DNA of 64,000 nucleotides, taken from the NCBI RefSeq assembly GCF_025465255.1, contig NZ_JAODNI010000113.1:15-64014 (forward strand). The letters run 5' to 3'. A program made the position numbers and the translations under genes. The notes under the pieces were generated by a model. It did no database searches. It was not told where the DNA came from and saw only the letters and a program-made list of their open reading frames with translations. The DNA is from Pseudonocardia sp. Its GTDB lineage: Bacteria > Actinomycetota > Actinomycetes > Mycobacteriales > Pseudonocardiaceae. Positions 47,077 to 56,184 of the stretch are shown here, piece after piece. Positions within the stretch are counted from its first letter, which is position 1. Each line of letters starts with the position of its first letter.

Positions 47077-48618
47077 CTACTCGGCGAGCAGCCGCGCGAC
47101 CCGGGACTCCGCGACCGACCGTCTCGGGTCCCCGGCGGGCAGCAGGTCCGCCAGCCGCTCGTGCACCTCGAGGTCGTCCCGGCCGAGCGGGTGGGCGCCG
47201 AAGGTGTGCAGCAGGTCCACGTCGTCCGAGTCCAGGACGGCCCGGCGCAGGGCGGCCTCCAGCTCGTCCCGGACGGCGCGGATCTCGGGGGCGTCGGAGC
47301 GCGGGAGCAGCGGCCCGGCGCAGACCCGGATCGCGTCCGCCACCCGGCCGCTCTCCAGCGCGCGCCGGACGGCGCCGAAGTCCGTGTCGACCGTCGCGTC
47401 CAGCCGGTAGGGGCGGGTCTTGAGGACGTCCGCGCCGATCGAGGCGCGCAGCCGGTGGATCTCCCCGCGCACCGTCGTCTGGTTGCCGTCGTCGCCGTAG
47501 AGCAGGTAGGCGAGGCGTTCGGCGGTGAGGCCCTCCGGGTGCAGGGCCAGCGCCGCGAGCATCTCCGCGGGACGCAACGTCATCGGGATGGGGGTGCCGT
47601 CCAGCACCGCGCGCGGGGTCCCGTCGCCCATGAACCGCAGGGCGAGGGCGTGCCGGTCGGGCGCCGGCGCCTCGGGCACGGCGGTCGCCCGGCTCGAGCC
47701 GCGCGGCAGGGCGGATCTCCGCGAGATCTCCCGCAGCAGGTAGCCCTCGGCCAGCGGCTCGACCAGCAGCCGGCGGCCGTCGGCGAGCTCGATGCGGTCC
47801 GCGCCGTCGACGATCGGGACGCGCTCGGGCCACCAGCCGTACGGCTCGCCGGCGACGACCCGGCCGCTGGGCGTGACCAGCGCGCCCGCGGTCCCGCGCA
47901 GGCTCTGCAGGTGCGGCATGTTCCGCAGCCGCATCCGCTCGTCGGCGATCGCGAGCTGCACCCGGAGCTGGTTCTCGGCGAGCTGGGCGGTGGTGGTGAC
48001 CAGCGCGAGCATCGCCGGGTGGATGGTCCGCCGGGGGCCGGTGATGTCGATGGCGCCGATGATCCGGCCGGTGTCCGGGTCGTGCACCGGGGCGGCGACG
48101 CAGGTCCAGGCGTGGATCGTGCGGACGAGGTGCTCGGTGGAATGGATCTGGACGGGGCGGCCCACCGCGAGCGTGGTGCCCATCGCGTTCGTGCCCATCG
48201 CGTCCTCGGACCAGCGCGACCCCTCGACGAGGCCGACCCGGTCCGCCGGGCGCAGCACCGCACTGGCGCCCTCGCGCCACAGGACGACGCCGTCCGCGTC
48301 CGTGACCAGGACTACGTGCATGGCCTCGTCCGCGATGCTCACCAGGTTGCTGCGCAGCAGCGGCATCACGGTGTGCAGCGGGTGGGCGGAGAGGCGGGCC
48401 CTGCTCTCGCGACGGTCGTAGGTGATCGGCGGCGTACGGCGTTCGGGATCGATGTCCGCGGCGAGGCTGCGCTGCCAGGACTCCGAGACCAGGCTGCGGA
48501 GCGGCGTGCCGCCGGAGCGGTCGTCCACGACGGCGGCGTACAGCTCGTCGAGCATGCGGGCCCGGCCGGGATCCCCGGCGGGACCGGTGTCCCGCTCGAC
48601 CACGCCGTCGACTGGCAT
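47077..48618 (-). CDS. GAF-domain transcriptional regulator with C-terminal winged-helix/SARP-like DNA-binding region
   Basis: ATG 48618 gives 513 aa with a GAF-like core (VVLWREGASAVLRPADRVGLVEGSRWSEDAMGTNAMGT...VHDPDTGRIIGAIDITG). The C-terminus reads LRPAEMLAALALHPEGLTAERLAYLLYGDD...VRGEIHRLR. Confidence 0.65.
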   Translation of the reverse strand: MPVDGVVERDTGPAGDPGRARMLDELYAAVVDDRSGGTPLRSLVSESWQRSLAADIDPERRTPPITYDRRESRARLSAHPLHTVMPLLRSNLVSIADEAMHVVLVTDADGVVLWREGASAVLRPADRVGLVEGSRWSEDAMGTNAMGTTLAVGRPVQIHSTEHLVRTIHAWTCVAAPVHDPDTGRIIGAIDITGPRRTIHPAMLALVTTTAQLAENQLRVQLAIADERMRLRNMPHLQSLRGTAGALVTPSGRVVAGEPYGWWPERVPIVDGADRIELADGRRLLVEPLAEGYLLREISRRSALPRGSSRATAVPEAPAPDRHALALRFMGDGTPRAVLDGTPIPMTLRPAEMLAALALHPEGLTAERLAYLLYGDDGNQTTVRGEIHRLRASIGADVLKTRPYRLDATVDTDFGAVRRALESGRVADAIRVCAGPLLPRSDAPEIRAVRDELEAALRRAVLDSDDVDLLHTFGAHPLGRDDLEVHERLADLLPAGDPRRSVAESRVARLLAE

Positions 48619-48848
48619 CCGCACCCCGTATGTCGCTGTTCCGGTGTAGTCCCGGACCGTCCTCGTTCCCGTCGCGCGCACCACCGCGGCGGAGACTCCG
48701 CCGCAGGCCCGCGCTGCCCCGCGCGACCCTCGCCCGCGGCCATCATCGGCCACCCCCACCCGGATAGGCAAGGCGACGAACGCCTGGCCGATAGGTCAGG
48801 TCCAGCCGGCGGCGGGCGTGCAACGAACGGGCAACGTGACACAACTTA

Positions 48849-48865
48849 CCGTGCGGTGCGCACGG
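48849..48865. promoter_or_regulatory. inverted repeat CCGTGCG-gtg-CGCACGG nested between GTGAC/GTCAC, upstream of the response regulator
   Basis: The 7-bp arms are perfect and lie 27-43 nt upstream of ATG 48892. GTGACACA and GTCACACA flank them. Confidence 0.35.
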
Positions 48866-48891
48866 TCCCCGTCACACATCGGAGGTACGCG

Positions 48892-49659
48892 ATGACGGTG
48901 TTGTCCTCGGACACCCTGCCGGACGCCGCTCCCGCCCGGCCGGCCCGGCCGCACTTCGCCCCGCCCGTCACCGCTCGCGTACCCGAGGGCGACCTCGCCC
49001 TGCGGACGGCCAGGGTGCTCGTCGTGGAGAGCGAGGCGATCGTCCGGCTAGGGCTGCGCCAGCTCTTCGCCGCCGAGCCCGACCTGCGGATCGTCGCCGA
49101 GGCGGCCACCCCGCGGGACGCCCTCTTCGCCGCGGACCGCGTCCGCCCGGACCTCGTGCTGCTCGACGTGGACCTCGGCCGCGGGGACGCCGCCGGCCTG
49201 GACGTCGCCCGCGCGCTGCTGCAACGCCACCGCGGCACCAAGATCCTCGTGCTCACCGCCTGCCGGGACCGCGACGTCATGCTCCGCACCATCCGCCTAG
49301 GGGTCCACGGCTACCTGCGCAAGGGCGCGGAGACGGCCGAGATCGTGCAGGCGGCCCGGACGCTGCTCCGCGGCGAGAGCGTCTTCGACTCGCGCACCAC
49401 CGCGATCGTGATGGACGCGCTGCGGGACACCGAGCGCCCGGCTCCCGGTGTGACCGGACCCCGCGGCGCCCTGCTGACGGACCGGGAGACCCAGGTCCTG
49501 CGCCTGCTCGCCACCGGGATGTCCAACCGCGAGATCGGCGCCGAGCTCGTCATCAGCGAGGCGACCGTCAAGTTCCACGTCCGGAACCTGCGGGACAAGC
49601 TCGACGTCCGCCGCCGCACGGAGATCGTCTACACCGCGACCCGGCAGGGGATCGTCTGA
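48892..49659 (+). CDS. NarL/LuxR-family response regulator (orphan, atypical acidic pocket)
   Basis: ATG 48892 follows GGAGG. The receiver has VLVVESE in place of the usual DD pair but keeps LLDVDL, T (LVLTA) and K (YLRKG). The C-terminal LuxR HTH reads LTDRETQVLRLLATGMSNREIGAELVISEATVKFH. Confidence 0.8.
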   Translation: MTVLSSDTLPDAAPARPARPHFAPPVTARVPEGDLALRTARVLVVESEAIVRLGLRQLFAAEPDLRIVAEAATPRDALFAADRVRPDLVLLDVDLGRGDAAGLDVARALLQRHRGTKILVLTACRDRDVMLRTIRLGVHGYLRKGAETAEIVQAARTLLRGESVFDSRTTAIVMDALRDTERPAPGVTGPRGALLTDRETQVLRLLATGMSNREIGAELVISEATVKFHVRNLRDKLDVRRRTEIVYTATRQGIV

Positions 49660-49669
49660 CCGTCGGCGC

Positions 49670-50071
49670 TCAGCCGAGCGCCGACACCGCCGCCGTCGCG
49701 ACCGTCGTGTCCTGGTCGACGGACCCGGCGCTGACCCCGACCGCGCCGACCAGCTCGCCGTCGCGGTGCACCGGGAGGCCCCCGCCGAACGCGACCATGC
49801 CGCCGGAGAGCTGCTCCAGGCCGTAGAGCTCCTGCCCCGGCTGGACCAGCGGCGCGAGCGCGCCGGTGGGCAGGTTCATCAGGATCGACGTCCGCGCCTT
49901 GCGCTGCGCGATGTCGATGCTGGCGCGGATGGCGCCGTCCTGGCGGGCGAACGCCAGGAGGTGCCCGCCCGCGTCGACCACCGCGATGTTCATCGGCTGG
50001 CCGATCTCGTCGGCCTTCTCCAGTCCCGCGGCGAGCGCCTTCTGTGCCTCCGCGAACGTCAGCCCGTTCAT
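49670..50071 (-). CDS. GlcG/HbpS-like (DUF336, PduO-C-terminal-like) heme/corrinoid-associated protein
   Basis: ATG 50071 gives 133 aa: MNGLTFAEAQKALAAGLEKADEIGQPMNIAVVDAGGHLLAFARQDGA...AQRKARTS...GGLPV..DGELVGAVGVSG-like. Confidence 0.8.
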   Translation of the reverse strand: MNGLTFAEAQKALAAGLEKADEIGQPMNIAVVDAGGHLLAFARQDGAIRASIDIAQRKARTSILMNLPTGALAPLVQPGQELYGLEQLSGGMVAFGGGLPVHRDGELVGAVGVSAGSVDQDTTVATAAVSALG

Positions 50072-50477
50072 CGTCGTGTCCTTCCCTCGTCGTCGAGCGG
50101 GTCCGGCGACCCGAGCTCCCACCCAACAGGACGGGGGCCCCGCGCGGCAGCCTTCTCCTCGGGCGAGTGGATCCGCCCCTGACCGGACGGTGGGGTGGCG
50201 TCGGTGGCGAGCGGGGCCCCCCATCCGGACGTCCGATCAGGGGCGCACCCGGCGGCCGGAGCAACCGCCACCGCCGCGCGGGCGACAAGGCCCCCGCAAC
50301 TGGCGGCGTCACCGTTCGGCGGCGCCGCGGACCGGGCGCGTGTCCGGCGGCCGTTCGGGTAGGGCGGGCCCGGAGGGGTTCTCGCTGCCTGCGTCCGTGC
50401 GCAACGATCGTGCGACGTGGCCGGCGTCACTGTCGAGGAGTCGTGGCCCTTCTGCGTACCGTGAACGACGAGAGGTG

Positions 50478-50930
50478 ATGCGCGTGTCCGCTCCAGCCCC
50501 GCAGTCCCGCCCCGATCTCGGGCCGGCCGACTATCCGCTCTCGGTCAATCGTCAGGACCTCCTCCGCACCCCCACCGGGAAGCCGCTCTCGGCGCTGACG
50601 ATGAACGCCGTGGTGGCGGGGGAGATCGTCGCGGACGACCTGCGGATCGCGCCGGAGACGCTGCAGCTGCAGGCGATTCTGGCCGAGTCGGTGCAGCGCC
50701 CGCAGCTCGCCGCGAACTTCCGCCGCGCCGCCGAGCTCACGGCGGTCCCCGACGCCGAGGTCCTCGCGATGTACAACGCGCTGCGGCCCCGGGCGTCGAG
50801 CAGGGACGAGCTGCTGACGATCGCCGAGAACCTGGAGAGCAAGTACCACGCCCCCGTCTGCGGCGCGCTGGTCCGCGAGGCCGCCGAGGTCTACCAGCGG
50901 CGCGACCTGCTGGCCCGCGAGGAGGACTGA
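50478..50930 (+). CDS. pduE: B12-dependent diol/glycerol dehydratase small (gamma) subunit
   Basis: ATG 50478 follows GAGAGG. DYPLSVNRQDLLRTPTGKPL...RIAPETLQLQA...AANFRRAAELTAVPDAEVLAMYNALRP...LVREAAEVY aligns closely with my recollection of Salmonella PduE. Confidence 0.88.
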   Translation: MRVSAPAPQSRPDLGPADYPLSVNRQDLLRTPTGKPLSALTMNAVVAGEIVADDLRIAPETLQLQAILAESVQRPQLAANFRRAAELTAVPDAEVLAMYNALRPRASSRDELLTIAENLESKYHAPVCGALVREAAEVYQRRDLLAREED

Positions 50931-50931
50931 C

Positions 50932-52626
50932 ATGACCACCACCCAACCCCGGCACTCGCGGCGCACCGAGATCCTGGAGGACCGGCCCGTCAACCTCGAC
51001 GGCTTCGTCGAGGAGTGGCCCGAGAAGGGCCTCGTCGCCATGGAGTCGGACTTCGACCCGGCGCCGAGCGTGCGGGTCGAGGACGGCCGGATCGTCGAGC
51101 TCGACGGCCGCGCCCGCGCCGACTTCGACTTCATGGACACCTTCATCGCCGACCACGCGATCGACGTCGAGACGACGGAGGCCTCGATGGCGGTCCCGTC
51201 GGACGAGATCGCCCGCATGCTGATCAACCCGACCGTCTCCCGCCAGGATGTGCTCGCCGTGACCCGCGGGCTCACCCCGGCCAAGATCCTCGACGTCGTC
51301 AAGCTGATGAACGTCGTCGAGATCATGCAGGGCATGCAGAAGATGCGGGCCCGCCGCACGCCCGCGAACCAGGGGCACTCCACCAGCGCCCGGGACAACC
51401 CCCTCCAGGTCGCCGTGGACGCCGCGGAGGGCGCGCTGCGCGGGTTCGCCGAGCTCGAGACGACGCTGGGCGTCCTGCGCTACGCCCCGCTGGTGGCGAT
51501 CGCGCTGCAGGTCGGTGCGCAGGTCGGGCGCGGCGGCGTGCTCACCCAGTGCGCGCTGGAGGAGGCCACCGAGTTGGAGCTCGGCATGCGCGGCATCACC
51601 GCCTACGCCGAGACGATCTCGATCTACGGCACCGAGTCGGTGTTCGTCGACGGCGACGACACGCCGTGGTCCAAGTCCTTCCTCGCCTCCGCCTACGCCT
51701 CGCGCGGCATCAAGATGCGCTTCACCTCGGGCACCGGTTCGGAGGTGCAGATGGGCAACGCCGAGGGCAAGTCCATGCTGTACCTGGAGATCCGCTGCGT
51801 CCTCATGGCCAAGGGCGCGGGGGTGCAGGGCCTGCAGAACGGTTCGATCAGCTGCATCGGCGTACCCGGTGCGATGCCGGGCGGCATCCGTGCGGTAGCG
51901 GCGGAGAACCTCGTCGCGAGCATGGTCGACCTCGAGTGCGCATCCGGCAACGACCAGTCGTTCTCGCACTCGGCGATGCGCCGGACCGCGCGGATGATGC
52001 CCCAACTGCTGCCGGGCACCGACTTCGTCTGCTCGGGCTACTCCGGGGTGCCCAACGCCGACAACATGTTCGCCGGATCCAACTTCGACACCGACGACTA
52101 CGACGACTGGAACACCATCCAGCGCGACCTGCAGGTCGACGGCGGGCTGCGACACATCCGGGAGGACGAGATCCTGCAGGTCCGCAACAAGGCCGCCCGC
52201 GCGCTGCAGGCCCTGTTCGCCGAGCTCGACCTGCCGCGGATCACCGACGAGGAGGTCGAGGCGGCCACCTATGCGAACGGCAGCGAGGACTACCCCGAGC
52301 GCGACGTGCTCGAGGACCTCAAGGGCGCCCAGTCGGTGATGGACCGCGGCATCACCGGCCTCGACCTGGTCACGGCGCTGGAGCGCACCGGATTCCACGA
52401 CGTCGCCGAGAACCTGCTGACCGTGCTGCGCCAGCGCGTCTCCGGCGACCTGCTGCAGACCTCGGCCATCCTCACCCACGACTTCGTCCCGCTCTCGGCG
52501 ATCAACGACGCCAACGACTACGCCGGGCCGGGCACCGGCTACCGGCTGCAGGGCGAGCGGTGGGAACAGCTCAAGAAACTGCGGCACGTGACGAGCGCCG
52601 AGAACCCCGAGACGGAGGTGTCGTGA
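50932..52626 (+). CDS. pduC: B12-dependent diol/glycerol dehydratase large (alpha) subunit
   Basis: The 564-aa product starts ...EILEDRPVNLDGFVEEWPEKGLVAMES, as in PduC/DhaB1. Its ATG lies 1 nt after the gamma stop. Confidence 0.93.
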   Translation: MTTTQPRHSRRTEILEDRPVNLDGFVEEWPEKGLVAMESDFDPAPSVRVEDGRIVELDGRARADFDFMDTFIADHAIDVETTEASMAVPSDEIARMLINPTVSRQDVLAVTRGLTPAKILDVVKLMNVVEIMQGMQKMRARRTPANQGHSTSARDNPLQVAVDAAEGALRGFAELETTLGVLRYAPLVAIALQVGAQVGRGGVLTQCALEEATELELGMRGITAYAETISIYGTESVFVDGDDTPWSKSFLASAYASRGIKMRFTSGTGSEVQMGNAEGKSMLYLEIRCVLMAKGAGVQGLQNGSISCIGVPGAMPGGIRAVAAENLVASMVDLECASGNDQSFSHSAMRRTARMMPQLLPGTDFVCSGYSGVPNADNMFAGSNFDTDDYDDWNTIQRDLQVDGGLRHIREDEILQVRNKAARALQALFAELDLPRITDEEVEAATYANGSEDYPERDVLEDLKGAQSVMDRGITGLDLVTALERTGFHDVAENLLTVLRQRVSGDLLQTSAILTHDFVPLSAINDANDYAGPGTGYRLQGERWEQLKKLRHVTSAENPETEVS

Positions 52627-53201
52627 TGAGCGCTCCCGCCGCGGTGCGGACCCTGACCCTGAAGGAGATCGGGCCGGCCCAGCGTGCGTCGCGGCCGGAC
52701 GAGGTGGTCATCGCCGTCTCGCCGGCCTTCGCCGAGACGTTCACCAGGACCATCGTCGACGTCCCGCACGCCGAGGTGATCCGGCAGGTCCTGGCCGGCA
52801 TCGAGGAGCAGGGCGTCACCGCGCGGATGGTCAAGGTGTGGGACACCGCCGACCTCGCGGCCATCGCCCACACCGGTGCCCGGCTCTCGGGCTCCGGCAT
52901 CTCCATCGGGCTGCTCTCCCGCGGGACCACGATGATCCACCAGCGGGACCTGCCGCGGCTGAGCAACCTGGAGCTGTTCCCGCAGTCCCCGCTGCTCGAC
53001 GCCGAGGTGTTCCGCCGCATCGGGTCGAACGCCGCCCAGTACGCCAAGGGCGAGTCGCCGGCCCCGGTGCCGACCCGGAATGACCAGATGGCGCGCCCCC
53101 GCTGGCAGGCGAAGGCCGCGCTGCTGCACCTCAAGGAGTTCGAGTGCATCGTGGCGGGGCGCAGGCCGGTGGAGGTCGAGCCGGTGATCTCCCGGGCATG
53201 A
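52626..53201 (+). CDS. pduD: B12-dependent diol/glycerol dehydratase medium (beta) subunit
   Basis: ATG 52626 overlaps the alpha stop (ATGA). The 191-aa product has DEVVIAVSPAF, RLSGSGISIGLLSRGTTMIHQRDLPRLSNLELFPQSPLL and NDQMARPRWQAKAALLHLKE. It lacks the long N-terminal extension of enteric PduD. Confidence 0.9.
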   Translation: MSAPAAVRTLTLKEIGPAQRASRPDEVVIAVSPAFAETFTRTIVDVPHAEVIRQVLAGIEEQGVTARMVKVWDTADLAAIAHTGARLSGSGISIGLLSRGTTMIHQRDLPRLSNLELFPQSPLLDAEVFRRIGSNAAQYAKGESPAPVPTRNDQMARPRWQAKAALLHLKEFECIVAGRRPVEVEPVISRA

Positions 53202-55024
53202 ACCGTCTGGTCGTCGGGGTCGACATCGGGAACTCGACCACCGAGGCGTGCGTCGCCTCGGTCTCGGGCGGTTCCGTGGAGTACCTGGGAACGGCCCTGA
53301 CCCACACGACCGGGGTCAAGGGCACGCCCGAGAACACCGAGGGCGCCGTCGACGCCGTGCGCCGGGCCCTCGTGGGGGCCCGGCGCTCGCCGGCGGACCT
53401 CGACGTCGTTCTGCTGAACGAGGCCACGCCGGTGATCAGCGGGCTGGCCATGGAGACCATCTCCGAGACGATCATCACCGAGTCCACGATGATCGGGCAC
53501 AACCCCGAGACACCGGGCGGCGTCGGGCTGGGGGTCGGCACGACCGTCTCGCTCGACGGGCTCGCCGGGGCCTCGCCGGACGAGCCGGTGGTCGTGGTGG
53601 TCCCGGGCGGCTGGGACTTCGACGACGTGGCCGCCGAGCTGAACGCGGCGGCCGAGCGCGGCGTACCGGTCGTCGCGGCCGTCCTCGCCCACGACGACGC
53701 CGTGCTGGTGGTGAACCGGCTCCGCACGCCGATCCCCGTCGTCGACGAGGTGGCGGCGGTGGCGAAGGTGCCCCTCGGGATGCACGCCGCCGTCGAGGTC
53801 GCGCCCCCGGGGCGCACCATCCGCACGCTGTCGGACTCCTACGGCCTCGCGTCGGTGTTCGGGCTCGATCCGGAACAGACGCGGCAGGTCTCGCCGGTGG
53901 CCCGGGCGCTCACCGGGAACCGCTCGGCCGTCGTCGTCCGGACGCCCACCGGGGACGTCACCGACCGGCGGATCCCGGTCGGCACCCTGACCCTCACCGG
54001 CGCCGGCAAGACCCTGCAGGTCGACGTCGACGCGGGCGCCGACGAGATCATGGACACACTCGACCGGGTCCAGCCCCTCGACGACGCGACCGGTGAGCCC
54101 GGCACACACGTCGGCGGGATGCTCGCGCAGGTCCGGGACACCATGACGGACGTGACCGGGCAGCCGGCGGCCGAGATCCGGATCCGGGACGTGCTGGCCG
54201 TCGACACGTTCGTGCCGAACGAGGTGCGCGGCGGGCTGGCCGGCGAGGTCGCGCTGGAGAACGCCGTCGCGCTCGCGGCGATGGTCCGGACCAGCCGGAG
54301 CCGCATGCAGGTCGTCGCCGACGAGGTGGCCGAGGCGCTCGGCTGCCGCGCCGAGATTGGCGGCATCGAGGGCGAGATGGCGGTCCGGGGGGCGTTGACC
54401 ACGCCGGGCACCGACGTCCCGATCGCGGTGCTCGACCTCGGCGGCGGATCCACGGACGCGGCCCTGCTCGACCGCGACGGCGTGTGCACGGCGGTACACG
54501 TCGCCGGGGCCGGCGAGCTGGTCACGAAGCTGATCGGCTCCGAGCTGGCCCTCGAGGACCGGGAGGTCGCCGAGTCGGTCAAGCGGCATCCGCTGGCGAA
54601 GGTCGAGAGCTTCTTCCACATCCGACACGAGGACGGGACGGTGCAGTTCTTCACCGAGCCGCTGCCGCCGCACGTGTTCGCCCGCGTCGTCGCGATGACC
54701 CCGGAGGGGCCCGCACCGATCCCGACGAGGGCCTCGGTCGACCACGTCCGGCGGATCCGTAGGGAGGCGAAGCGGCGGGTGTTCGTCGTCAACGCGCTCC
54801 GCGCGCTGCGCCAGGTCGCGCCCCGCGGCAGCCTGCGGATGCTGGACTTCGTGGTCCTGCTCGGTGGTTCCGCGCTGGACTTCGAGATCCCGGACCTGAT
54901 CGCCGACGCCCTCGCCGGGCACGGTGTCGTCTGCGGCACGGGCAACGTGCACGGCAACGAGGGCCCGCGCAACGCCGTCGCCGCGGGGCTGGTCGACGCG
55001 CACGCCGACGCGGTGTCCGGGTGA
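53198..55024 (+). CDS. pduG: diol dehydratase reactivase large (ATPase) subunit
   Basis: ATG 53198 overlaps the beta stop. The 608-aa product starts MNRLVVGVDIGNSTTE and has LDLGGGSTDAA, the actin/Hsp70-like ATPase fold of DdrA/PduG. Confidence 0.88.
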   Translation: MNRLVVGVDIGNSTTEACVASVSGGSVEYLGTALTHTTGVKGTPENTEGAVDAVRRALVGARRSPADLDVVLLNEATPVISGLAMETISETIITESTMIGHNPETPGGVGLGVGTTVSLDGLAGASPDEPVVVVVPGGWDFDDVAAELNAAAERGVPVVAAVLAHDDAVLVVNRLRTPIPVVDEVAAVAKVPLGMHAAVEVAPPGRTIRTLSDSYGLASVFGLDPEQTRQVSPVARALTGNRSAVVVRTPTGDVTDRRIPVGTLTLTGAGKTLQVDVDAGADEIMDTLDRVQPLDDATGEPGTHVGGMLAQVRDTMTDVTGQPAAEIRIRDVLAVDTFVPNEVRGGLAGEVALENAVALAAMVRTSRSRMQVVADEVAEALGCRAEIGGIEGEMAVRGALTTPGTDVPIAVLDLGGGSTDAALLDRDGVCTAVHVAGAGELVTKLIGSELALEDREVAESVKRHPLAKVESFFHIRHEDGTVQFFTEPLPPHVFARVVAMTPEGPAPIPTRASVDHVRRIRREAKRRVFVVNALRALRQVAPRGSLRMLDFVVLLGGSALDFEIPDLIADALAGHGVVCGTGNVHGNEGPRNAVAAGLVDAHADAVSG

Positions 55025-55368
55025 GCGGAGGGGGCGCCGAGCGACCCGCGGTCGTCGTGCTGCTGGCCGCGGGCGCCGATCCGGCGATCCTGCACGAGGT
55101 GAGTGCCGGCGCGGAGGAGGAAGGTGTGCCGACCCGCGTGGATCCCGTCCAGGAGGGAGACGCCGTCGCGCTCGCGCACACGGCCGCCGGACTGTCCACG
55201 CTGCGGACCGGCATCGGGATCGGCGGAGACGGCGCCGTCGCGGTCCATCACGACACGCTGCCCGCGGACGCGCCCGTCGGGCTCGCCGGGCCGGACGCCG
55301 CCGCCGCGGACCAGCGGACCATCGGGCACCTCGCGGCCCGGATCGTCAAGGTGCTCCCGCTGGCGTGA
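55021..55368 (+). CDS. pduH: diol dehydratase reactivase small subunit
   Basis: GTG 55021 overlaps the upstream stop (GTGA). The product is 115 aa. Its position and size match DdrB/PduH, and it has a beta-subunit-like fold pattern (PAVVVLLAAG...EEEGVP). Confidence 0.7.
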   Translation: MSGGGAERPAVVVLLAAGADPAILHEVSAGAEEEGVPTRVDPVQEGDAVALAHTAAGLSTLRTGIGIGGDGAVAVHHDTLPADAPVGLAGPDAAAADQRTIGHLAARIVKVLPLA

Positions 55369-55381
55369 GCCGGGTCGGTCA

Positions 55382-55408
55382 GCCCCGGAAACGCTGCGGC
55401 TCCGGGGC
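55382..55408 (+). terminator. stem-loop after the dehydratase/reactivase operon
   Basis: GCCCCGGA (55382-55389) pairs with TCCGGGGC (55401-55408). It lies 14 nt after the pduH stop and has no clear U-tract. Confidence 0.45.
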
Positions 55409-55590
55409 CGGGAGGCGACCGCGCGGCACAGCTCGTCGTGGTGCACGGCGGACGCCGACGGCGGCCGGGACGGCTGGTGGCGCCGCTGATCGGGCATCGG
55501 CTCTCCTGGTCGGCTCCGGGTGTGTTCACGATAGGTGAGAGCCGTTTATGATGCTCAACGCGTACGTGTCCATGACCGGAGGGGACGAGT

Positions 55591-56184
55591 GTGACCCAGC
55601 CGAGCCAGGGCCCCTGGGAGCCCATCGTCGACGCCATCGGGCCGAGGGTCCGGGAGGCGCGTCAGCGACTTGGCCTGTCCCTGCAACAGCTCGCGGTCCG
55701 GGCCGACGTGTCCGCCGCCGCCGTGCACAAGGTCGAACGGGGGGACATGGTGCCCACGATCACCACGCTGCTGAAGCTCTCCGGCGCGCTCGGCACCACC
55801 GTCGCGTCGCTGGTCGACGAGCTGCCCGGCGAGCCCGTCGCCCGGTACGTCCGGGCGGGCGCGCGCGGCAAGGCGCCCAAGGAGTGGGCCCCGGCGGCGC
55901 TCGGCGTGACCACGGAGGGGATCGCCGAGGCGGACGCGACGTTGCGCGCGGGCGGCGTGATGGCCGTCGTCGAACCGGGCGGGGAGAGCGGGGACACCCG
56001 GCCCCGCCGACCGGGAGAGGAGCTCCTGCTGGTGTTGGAGGGTGCGTTGCGGGTCGAGGTGGCGGGGGAGCGGTACGACGTCGAGCCGGGGGACACCCTG
56101 CACTATCCGACGGACCGCGGGCACCGGTGGAGCAACGAGGGCGACGAGCCCGCGCGCGCGGTGTGGGTGACGATCCGTGCCTGA
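55591..56184 (+). CDS. XRE-family HTH regulator with C-terminal cupin domain
   Basis: GTG 55591 gives 197 aa. The HTH reads RVREARQRLGLSLQQLAVRADVSAAAVHKVERG and the cupin region ELLLVLEGALRVEVAGERYDVEPGDTLHYP...H.W.N. Confidence 0.85.
   Translation: MTQPSQGPWEPIVDAIGPRVREARQRLGLSLQQLAVRADVSAAAVHKVERGDMVPTITTLLKLSGALGTTVASLVDELPGEPVARYVRAGARGKAPKEWAPAALGVTTEGIAEADATLRAGGVMAVVEPGGESGDTRPRRPGEELLLVLEGALRVEVAGERYDVEPGDTLHYPTDRGHRWSNEGDEPARAVWVTIRA

Noticed and set aside
50072-50477. Possible adenosylcobalamin riboswitch in front of the B12-dependent dehydratase operon.
   Set aside because: I could not find the conserved B12-box/GCCACTG-type core or the GGGAA...GGTG..AA..CC pattern by eye. Cobalamin riboswitches normally control B12 supply or B12-independent isozymes, not B12-dependent enzymes. 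I kept it only as an unexplained long leader to be scanned with covariance models.
45821-55535. Recurrent [CG]GATAGG heptamers as a shared regulon motif. They occur at 45821-45861, around 48770-48795 and around 55529-55535, and also around 20583 and 21932.
   Set aside because: A rough estimate assumes about 70+% GC and both strands of 64 kb. It predicts several chance occurrences of such a 7-mer, which is about what I see. Only the local cluster and palindrome at 45824-45861 is retained as a candidate operator.
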